A stretch of 63,993 nucleotides of DNA, filler included, from Acidimicrobiia bacterium (GTDB lineage Bacteria > Actinomycetota > Acidimicrobiia > Spongiisociales > CAZKJJ01), in NCBI GenBank assembly GCA_046759765.1. It is 4 parts of 4 records of this genome, joined end to end, with 100 filler letters (N's around TTAATTAATTAA, not from the genome) between each part and the next. Parts side by side here need not be neighbours in the genome. Positions count along the whole stretch, not along the records: positions 16,608 to 32,917 come from JBHICV010000046.1; 3 more parts are not named here. One strand, written 5' to 3'. Position numbers and translations under genes: made by a program. Below the pieces are notes generated by a model that saw nothing but the letters and a program-made list of their open reading frames with translations, searched no databases and was not told where the DNA came from. Positions 19,534 to 27,073 of the stretch are shown piece after piece; within the stretch, counting starts at the first letter, position 1; each line of letters begins with the position of its first letter.

Positions 19534-20484
19534 CTAGGTCGTCGCGCAGCGTCGGGCGAGAATCTCCCCGTCGAGCTCCTCCGGCGGACACTCTCTCTTC
19601 GGCAGCGACAAGGCTCCCAGGTACACGCCGGCGAGCACCACGGCTCCACCCAAGATCAAGGTGGCGTCTACTGGCTCGTCGAGCAACCAAACGGCGAGCA
19701 GGATGGCGACGACGGGAATCAGCACGAACTCGTAAGAAGCGCCAGTGGCAGTCCACCGTTTCAACACGAAGACGTAGAGGCCGAACACTCCGACCGAGCC
19801 CAGCAAGACGAGATAGGCGATCACCAGCCAGCTGGTTGTTTCGTTGGGAATCGACCACGTTTCGTTGGCGATCCGCGAGAGGACCAACAGGACGACCCCG
19901 CCGAGAGCCATAGCGAGACCGTTGGTAGCCACCGGATGCGACGGTGGATACTTCTTGACGATGATCCCGGCTTCCGCAAGCGATACGACGGCGCCCATCA
20001 TCGCCAGCGCCGGCCCGATCGGGACAGTTACCGATACAGGGGTGCTGAGCAGAACGGCGATGCCGGCCACCGCGATTACGCCTCCGGCGACTCCGCGCCA
20101 ATGGAGCGGTTCCAGCCGCTGAAGGCGAGCCAGAAACAAGGTAAGGAGTGGAATGGCAGCCATCATCACACCGGCGATTGCGGCCGGCAGCTCCTGGAGC
20201 GCCCAATAGCCGAAAGCGAAAGCGGCCGCGAAGCCCGTCATCCCGTACAGGGCGGTTCCCAGAAGCGCCTGTCCCTTCGGCAAGGGGATTCTCCGGAGCG
20301 CCACGACTGCGAGCAGCACCACAGCCGCCAGCCCGAACCGGAACCCGGCCCCGAAGAATGGCGGGAGGCTCTCGTTGCTCAGCTTGACTGCGACAACGTT
20401 GCCGCCCGCCAGCAGCACGACCCCGCCGAAGGCCGTGAGCGTGAGGCGATCGGGTAGCTGACCGGGGAGGGCGGGCACGGACAT
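19534..20484 (-). CDS. EamA/DMT family transporter
   Basis: About 10 hydrophobic segments, PPFFGAGFRF, YLVLLGSV, PVVAILLAVWLLDE. Confidence 0.9.
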   Translation of the reverse strand: MSVPALPGQLPDRLTLTAFGGVVLLAGGNVVAVKLSNESLPPFFGAGFRFGLAAVVLLAVVALRRIPLPKGQALLGTALYGMTGFAAAFAFGYWALQELPAAIAGVMMAAIPLLTLFLARLQRLEPLHWRGVAGGVIAVAGIAVLLSTPVSVTVPIGPALAMMGAVVSLAEAGIIVKKYPPSHPVATNGLAMALGGVVLLVLSRIANETWSIPNETTSWLVIAYLVLLGSVGVFGLYVFVLKRWTATGASYEFVLIPVVAILLAVWLLDEPVDATLILGGAVVLAGVYLGALSLPKRECPPEELDGEILARRCATT

Positions 20485-20694
20485 AGGGCGCGTCAACCTA
20501 GCGCGCCGCGTACGAGCTGTATCTAGAAGGCCTGCGGGTCGGCGGTGACTGATAGGAGGCGACTGAAACCAGCGTTGGCAGTGTGGAAGCTGACGGGCGC
20601 GCCCACAGCGACAGCGCCCTAAACCGTTCGAGGTCATCGATCCCGTCGCTCACTAGTGTCGACGCCGATTCGTGTAGACCGGCGGTAGCCACCC

Positions 20695-23325
20695 ATGAGC
20701 CAGCTTCCCACCGGGACGGTGACGTTCCTGTTCACTGACATAGAGGGTTCGACTCGGCTTCTGCAGGCACAGGGCGATGAATACCAAAACCTCCTCGAGA
20801 AGCATGGGGAGCTGATCCGCGCTCCGATCGCGGCGGAAGGCGGCATAGAGATCTCCACCGAGGGCGACTCCTTCTTCGTGGTCTTTACCTCAGCTCCGGA
20901 TGCGGTCCGGGCCGCGGCGCAAGCCCAGCAAGCACTGGCCGGCCACCCGTGGCCATTGGCCGGGGAAGTCCGGGTGAGGATGGGCCTTCATACCGGGATC
21001 GGGTCGTTGGGTGGGGACAGCTACGTGGGAATCGACGTCCACCGTGCCGCCCGGATCGCTGCTGCTGCCCACGGCGAGCAGATTGTTCTTTCGGAAGCAA
21101 CCGCCCACCTGGTCGAGCACAGCCTCATCGACGGCGCGGCTCTGAGGGAGCTAGGCGTTTATCACCTGAAGGATCTGGCGCAGCCAGAACGGATCTTTCA
21201 GCTGATCATCCCCGAGCTTCGCGCCGACTTCCCTCCTCTCTCCACCTTGGACGCAGTTCCCAACAATCTGCCCACGAAGCTCTCATCGTTCATCGGGCGG
21301 GACCGGGAACTGGCACAAGCAATTGAGCTCCTCGCGGCAACCCGCCTACTGACACTTACCGGGCCCGGGGGGACCGGGAAGACGCGGCTGGCCCTGCAGG
21401 TTGGTGCTGAGGTTTCGGATGACTTCGCTGACGGAGTCTTCTTCGTTCGTCTCGATCAGGTAGATGAAGAGGACCAGGTTCCCGCCTCGATACTCGAAGC
21501 GCTGGATATTCCCGGCGTCCCCACCGGCGTGGACCCCCGTGAGTATCTTGCCGGTTACGCCACCGGGAAGGAGCTGCTCCTGATCCTGGACAACATGGAG
21601 CAGCTCATGGAGTCGGGACCATTGGTTGGTGAGTTGCTGGCCGCCTCGGACAAGTCGAAGGCTCTCGTCACCTCGCGAGCTCCTCTCCGAATCGCCGGCG
21701 AGCAAGAGATGTCGGTCCCGCCGATGGATACGGCCGATCCCACTGAAGCGCTCGATACCGAATCGCTGCTGCAGTGCGAAGCCGTGGCTCTCTTTGCCGA
21801 GCGGGCCCGATCGGTCCGACCGAACTTCGCGATTACCTCCGAGAACGGCCAGGCGGTTGCCGCGATTACCAACTCACTCGACGGCTTGCCACTGGCCATC
21901 GAGCTGGTCGCTTCACGAGTGAAGCTCTTGCCTCCGGATGGTCTCCTCGAGCGCCTCGACAAGGTGCTGGATACCGCGGCCGGCAGGGACAGCCCTGCTC
22001 GTCAGCGCACGCTCAGAAGCACCGTCGCCTGGAGCTACGAATTGCTTGACCAGCAAGCCCGGCGGTTATTCGAGCGCCTGTCCGTGTTCCGTGGTGGAGC
22101 GGCGCTCGATGAGATCGAGACGGTCTGCGGACCTTCCTCAGAACTCGGCATCGATGTGCTCGACGGCTTGGAGACGCTGGTGGATCAGAGCCTGGTCGTC
22201 CAATTCGAGCTGGAAGGCGAGCCACGATTCCGCATGTTCTCGACGATCCGGCATTACGCGACTGAACAGCTCGACCAGCGCGGAGAAGCCGATGATTTGA
22301 AGCGTCGACACGCGGCTGCCTACTTGTCTCTGGCCGAGCGGGCCGGGCCTCGACTCACGAGGAAGGACCGTCTTCAGTGGTTGGATCGACTCTCGAAGGA
22401 GTATCACAATCTCGACGCAGCTCTGAACTGGGCCCTCGGAGCACAAGAAACTGAGATCGCGCTCCGGCTGGTGGCAGCACTGTGGCGTTTCTGGACAATG
22501 CGCGGTCATTTACTCGCGGTCGAGGCAATCGTGGATTCAGCGCTGAGCCTGCCTGGAGACTTTCCGAAAGAAAGAGCCCGAGCTCTGGAGGCAAAAGGAG
22601 GGATGACCTACTGGCTTGGGGACGTGGCCGGCACGGCTCCCTATTACCAAGAGGCGCTCGACATCTGGCGGGACGTCGGCGACCAATCGGAGATCGCCAA
22701 CGCTCTGTACAACTTCTCATTCCCCTCGTCACAACTAGATGGAGTGGACGCTGAGGAATCGCTACTCGAAGAAGCGCTGGCCATTTACGAAGAGCTGGAT
22801 GACCGTTCGGGCATCGCCGGGATGCGTGCAGCCCTGGGAAACGTGGCGGCAAAGAAGGGAGATCCGGAGACCTGGATGGAGCGCTCTCGGGAAGCTATCG
22901 CGTACTTCGATCAAGAAGAGCACCCCTTCGAATACGGATGGTTGATGTCCGGAGTCGCATGGGCGTCTTTCATGCAGGGAAACGTCCCGGACGCGCTGCA
23001 GTATCTAAGGGAAGGCCTGCGTTTGTTCGCCTCGGTAGACGACGTGTCGGCTCTGGTTACTTTCATGGCTTTCTTCTCGGGCGTGGCCCGGGGCGTTGAG
23101 GACGAGGATGGATATCACCAGTTCGCGGGGATTCTCTCGCAGTTGGTAGCTCAGACAGGCTGGCAAGCTCAGTACTGGGACCCCACTCTGCGCGCTTTTG
23201 TCGATTGGGATGAGATTGAGCAGCTCGAGTCGTCTCCTCCCGAGCGCTTTGAGGAGGGCCGGAAGATGTCAGTCGAAGAAGCCGTGGCGTTCGCGCTCGA
23301 GTGGGAGCCGGCCGGGATCGAGTAA
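20695..23325 (+). CDS. Class III cyclase-STAND (NB-ARC-like) NTPase-TPR protein
   Basis: FTDIEGST/EGDS cyclase; GPGGTGKTRL, ILDNMEQ, DGLPLAIEL; helical TPR-like C-terminus. Confidence 0.92.
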   Translation: MSQLPTGTVTFLFTDIEGSTRLLQAQGDEYQNLLEKHGELIRAPIAAEGGIEISTEGDSFFVVFTSAPDAVRAAAQAQQALAGHPWPLAGEVRVRMGLHTGIGSLGGDSYVGIDVHRAARIAAAAHGEQIVLSEATAHLVEHSLIDGAALRELGVYHLKDLAQPERIFQLIIPELRADFPPLSTLDAVPNNLPTKLSSFIGRDRELAQAIELLAATRLLTLTGPGGTGKTRLALQVGAEVSDDFADGVFFVRLDQVDEEDQVPASILEALDIPGVPTGVDPREYLAGYATGKELLLILDNMEQLMESGPLVGELLAASDKSKALVTSRAPLRIAGEQEMSVPPMDTADPTEALDTESLLQCEAVALFAERARSVRPNFAITSENGQAVAAITNSLDGLPLAIELVASRVKLLPPDGLLERLDKVLDTAAGRDSPARQRTLRSTVAWSYELLDQQARRLFERLSVFRGGAALDEIETVCGPSSELGIDVLDGLETLVDQSLVVQFELEGEPRFRMFSTIRHYATEQLDQRGEADDLKRRHAAAYLSLAERAGPRLTRKDRLQWLDRLSKEYHNLDAALNWALGAQETEIALRLVAALWRFWTMRGHLLAVEAIVDSALSLPGDFPKERARALEAKGGMTYWLGDVAGTAPYYQEALDIWRDVGDQSEIANALYNFSFPSSQLDGVDAEESLLEEALAIYEELDDRSGIAGMRAALGNVAAKKGDPETWMERSREAIAYFDQEEHPFEYGWLMSGVAWASFMQGNVPDALQYLREGLRLFASVDDVSALVTFMAFFSGVARGVEDEDGYHQFAGILSQLVAQTGWQAQYWDPTLRAFVDWDEIEQLESSPPERFEEGRKMSVEEAVAFALEWEPAGIE

Positions 23326-23346
23326 ACAGAGAGTCTGCTGGCGGGA

Positions 23347-23787
23347 CTAAGCGTCGGAGTCGTCCCCCCGATCGAGCCATCTCTTGGTCTGCTCGAGTAG
23401 TTCTTCGCTGGACCGCGCCCCTCGCTTCCTTGCCTCAGGCCGTTCATCCGAACGGTCAGTTGTTTCCGAAGCGTCGAGTTCATCCGGTAGTTCCGCCTCG
23501 ACGGGCTGACGCGCGTACGCTTCCAGGGTCTCAACTACTCGGTCGAGAAACACATCCACCTCCTCTTCTGCGTAGCCGCGCAAAGCGGTCCGAAACGTCT
23601 GACGCTGTACGTCAAACGCTGTGAGACGCGGTGCCCTGCCCTGCTCCCACATTCTCAACGCGGCCGAGATCTCTTCGAGGAACTCGTCGACCTCCTTCTC
23701 CGTGTAGCCCCTCAGGGCGGTGCGGAACGTCGTCCTGTCGACATCGGAGGCCAGTACCCGAGCCACTTTCAATCCTGTTCTAAACAT
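23347..23787 (-). CDS. Tandem DivIVA-domain protein
   Basis: Two copies of TFRTALRGY(T/A)E(K/E)EVD(E/V)FL followed by an acidic tail. Confidence 0.82.
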   Translation of the reverse strand: MFRTGLKVARVLASDVDRTTFRTALRGYTEKEVDEFLEEISAALRMWEQGRAPRLTAFDVQRQTFRTALRGYAEEEVDVFLDRVVETLEAYARQPVEAELPDELDASETTDRSDERPEARKRGARSSEELLEQTKRWLDRGDDSDA

Positions 23788-23876
23788 ACGCCTCACCACT
23801 CCGTCCTGGTGGTGAATTCTCGGGGCGGCAGACACGCAGTGTCTCTGCCAGAATCGGCGGGAGGCGAAAGGCAGAT

Positions 23877-25193
23877 GTGACGACACCGACTACTCGCTAC
23901 TGCAAGAGCGAGGACGTCCACGTCGCTTACCAGGAGTTCGGTGACGGGCCCGTCAACATCGTCTTCGTACCCGGCTTCGTGTCTCACATCGACAACTACT
24001 GGACCCATCCCAACGTAGTCAGGTGGCTGGATCGGCTCGGCTCGTTCGCACGGGTGGTCATGTTCGACAAGCGCGGCACCGGACTGTCGGACCGAGTGGC
24101 TGAGCTACCGGCGGTGGACCAACGGATGGACGACGTGCGTGCCGTCCTCGACGCGGTGGGATGGGAGCGGGCGGCGGTCTTCGGGATATCCGAAGGGGGC
24201 TCTCTGGCGGCGCTTTTCGCGGCCCACCATCCCGACCGGACCGAGGCTCTCATCGTCTACGGCGGGTTTGCCAAGTTCACCTCTTGGTTCCCCACGGAGG
24301 AATCCCTCGAGGCTTTGTTCTCCTATATAGATACCGGCTGGGGCACGGGAGAAAGCCTCCCGCTGTTCGCACCCACGAGCGAGGGCGATGTCGCGTTCCA
24401 GGAATGGTGGGGCAGATTCGAAAGGCTCGGAGCCGATCCCGGGGCGGCGATCACGCTGATGGAGATGAACAGCCAGATCGACATCACCGAAATCCTGCCG
24501 TCGATCCACGTCCCAACCCTGATCATCCACCGGACGGAGGACACGACCATCGACTTCGATGCCGGGCTCCTGCTGGCCGAGCGTATCCCCAACGCTCAGT
24601 TGGTGGAATTACCGGGGCCTGACCATCTTCCTTGGGTCGGTGACAGTCCGCTTCGCATCATCGATGAGATTGAGCAGTTTCTGACCGGCGCCAAGTCAGA
24701 GCCGCAAGCTGATCGTGTCTTGGCCACAATTCTCTTCACTGACATCGTCGACTCGACCACGCTCGCCGGCCAGATGGGAGATCAACGCTGGCGCAACCTC
24801 ATGCATGCCCACGACGACGTTGTAGCTACCGAGCTGGAACGGTTCCGAGGGGTCGTGGTCAAGGGCACCGGTGATGGAGTTCTCGCCACGTTTGATGCTC
24901 CTGCCCGGGCCATTCGCTGTGCGCTCTCCATCGCCGAGGCCGTCAAGCCACTGGGAATCGAAGTTCGGGCCGGACTCCACACTGGCGAGATCCACTTGGT
25001 CAGCGGCGACGTCGAGGGGATCTCGGTGAACATCGCGTCGCGGGTGGCGGATATCGGCGGGGCCAACGAGGTCATCATCTCGAGAACGGTGAAGGACCTC
25101 ATTGCGGGATCCGGCATCACGCTGGAGCCGCACGGCACCTATGCCCTCAAGGGGATTCCCGACGAGTGGGAGCTGTACCGAGCTGGCGCCTAG
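23877..25193 (+). CDS. Alpha/beta hydrolase-class III cyclase fusion
   Basis: FDKRGTGLSD, GISEGG, FTDIVDST, VKGTGDG, GISVNIASR. Confidence 0.92.
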   Translation: MTTPTTRYCKSEDVHVAYQEFGDGPVNIVFVPGFVSHIDNYWTHPNVVRWLDRLGSFARVVMFDKRGTGLSDRVAELPAVDQRMDDVRAVLDAVGWERAAVFGISEGGSLAALFAAHHPDRTEALIVYGGFAKFTSWFPTEESLEALFSYIDTGWGTGESLPLFAPTSEGDVAFQEWWGRFERLGADPGAAITLMEMNSQIDITEILPSIHVPTLIIHRTEDTTIDFDAGLLLAERIPNAQLVELPGPDHLPWVGDSPLRIIDEIEQFLTGAKSEPQADRVLATILFTDIVDSTTLAGQMGDQRWRNLMHAHDDVVATELERFRGVVVKGTGDGVLATFDAPARAIRCALSIAEAVKPLGIEVRAGLHTGEIHLVSGDVEGISVNIASRVADIGGANEVIISRTVKDLIAGSGITLEPHGTYALKGIPDEWELYRAGA

Positions 25194-25196
25194 CGG

Positions 25197-26942
25197 TCAG
25201 GACTTCGGCAGTCCCACTGACCGCAAGGCATCCGAGAGGTGCGCCTGGTCTTCGGGCGCTCGGTACGTCTCCAGCTGCTCGAGGAGCTCGATCGAGAGCC
25301 CGGGGAGCTCGCTTTGGGCCGTTTCTACTTCCCTTTCGGCCTCGTCTTGTTTTCCGAGCCGGCTGAGCGCCGCAGCAAGGTACAAACGGCTCACCACTGT
25401 GTGTATGGCAGCCGGCTGTAACGCTTTGACGGCCTCGTTGTAGCGGCGGGCGCCATAAAGAGAAGAACCATGGAACCAGGCATACCAGACCGGGTGATTG
25501 GGGTTGAGCCGCAAAGCGAGCTCCATCGACTCGACTCCTTCGTCCGGCATCCCGAGCCGGGTGGCGATTGAGGCCCAATCGGCCCGCACATCGGCGAGGC
25601 TCGAGTTGAGCTCGATCGAACGCCGGTACTCGGCCTCAGTTTTCTCGTATTGACGCTCAATCATGTACAGGTCGCCCAGGAGCCAGTGGACTTCGGCATC
25701 AAAGTCGTCGAGCTTGGCTGCCTCGTCAGCGTGGCGCCACGCCTCTTTGAGCGAGGCGTCCGGGGTTTCCGTCCAGCCCCACCAGACCTCGAATAGCCAC
25801 GTCCATGCCACCGCGACGTGCGCCCGGGCAAAGGCGGGTCGACGCTCGAGGACATCGAGGAGGACAGCTCTCGCCTCCCTGTTGGTATCGGGCGCGAACC
25901 GGTGCTTCAGCTCCAAGCCCCGCATGTATCCCTCGTAATCTCCCAGCGAGCCTGGATCCTGAGCCAGCGTCCTCTTCTTCTCAGTCAGAACGAGCACACC
26001 GTGGTAGCCACTCAGGTGCGCGACGATGTCCGCGGTTATCTCGTCAATAACCGTGAACACGTCGTCGACGTTCCGGTCGTACTTCTTGGCCCACAGATGC
26101 CCTCCCGTGGTGCCGTCGATGAGCTGAGCGGTTATCCGTGCCTGGTCGCCGGACCAGCGGACGCTCCCCTCGAGGACATACCGAACGCCCAGCTGAGCCG
26201 CCACGGTTCCCACATCAACGTGCGTGCCCTTGTAGACGAAAGTCGAATTACGGGCGATGACGAAGAGGTCCCGACATCGGGATAGGCCGGTGATGAGGTC
26301 CTCGACCAATCCGTCCGCGAAGGGCGACCGGTCCGGATCGCCAATCGTCTCGAAGGGAAGCACGGCGATCGAGGGCCGGTCCGGTTTGGACTCCGTATGA
26401 AGGGGTGGGAAGTCGGCGGCGAGGGAGCTTGCTGTCACCTGGTACAGGCGCTCGGGACGGGAGAGGCCACGCAGGTAGTGCTCGCCGAGGTCCCGGAAAC
26501 CAACCGAGTCCTTGGCCTCGCCGATCAACTCCCGCGTGGCGGCAGACAAAAGGATCTGGCCGCCGTGACCCGCAGCCTCGATGCGCGCCGCCCGATTGAG
26601 AGCCGGGCCTAGGTAGTCACCCTCCTTCGGTTCGGCAGGACCGGTATGAAGGCCCATCCGGACCTCAAAGTCTCCGACAGCCTCGTCCCAAGGCTCAGCC
26701 GCGAGGCCTTGCTGTGACTCAATGGCCGCCGACACGGCGTTGGACGGATCGGCAAAGACTGCCATGAAGCCGTCGCCGGTCTTCTTGACGATGTGACCGG
26801 CGCCTGATTCGATGGCCTTTTCGAGTATCTCATCGTGGCGGCCCATCGAGTGCTCCATGGCACTGCGATCGAGGTCCCACTTGGCCGAGCTGCCGACCAC
26901 GTCCGTGAAGAGAAAGGTTACGACCCCGCTCGGAAGAGTCAC
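25197..26942 (-). CDS. Class III cyclase-TolB-like-TPR protein
   Basis: FTDVVGSS, VKKTGDG, NRAAR; PSIAVLPF, FVIARNSTF, YVLEGSVR, HLWAKKYDR; TPRs. Confidence 0.92.
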   Translation of the reverse strand: MTLPSGVVTFLFTDVVGSSAKWDLDRSAMEHSMGRHDEILEKAIESGAGHIVKKTGDGFMAVFADPSNAVSAAIESQQGLAAEPWDEAVGDFEVRMGLHTGPAEPKEGDYLGPALNRAARIEAAGHGGQILLSAATRELIGEAKDSVGFRDLGEHYLRGLSRPERLYQVTASSLAADFPPLHTESKPDRPSIAVLPFETIGDPDRSPFADGLVEDLITGLSRCRDLFVIARNSTFVYKGTHVDVGTVAAQLGVRYVLEGSVRWSGDQARITAQLIDGTTGGHLWAKKYDRNVDDVFTVIDEITADIVAHLSGYHGVLVLTEKKRTLAQDPGSLGDYEGYMRGLELKHRFAPDTNREARAVLLDVLERRPAFARAHVAVAWTWLFEVWWGWTETPDASLKEAWRHADEAAKLDDFDAEVHWLLGDLYMIERQYEKTEAEYRRSIELNSSLADVRADWASIATRLGMPDEGVESMELALRLNPNHPVWYAWFHGSSLYGARRYNEAVKALQPAAIHTVVSRLYLAAALSRLGKQDEAEREVETAQSELPGLSIELLEQLETYRAPEDQAHLSDALRSVGLPKS

Positions 26943-27073
26943 CCGCGTCCTCCCATCGAACCGCTATCCGATTCTATAGAACGGACGCCATGCATGACAC
27001 CGGAGGGTGCCATCCTGCCGGCTTACTGGGTGCGAAGTCGGGCGCCGGAGAAGCTAGTTAGCCTTCGAGCTGC

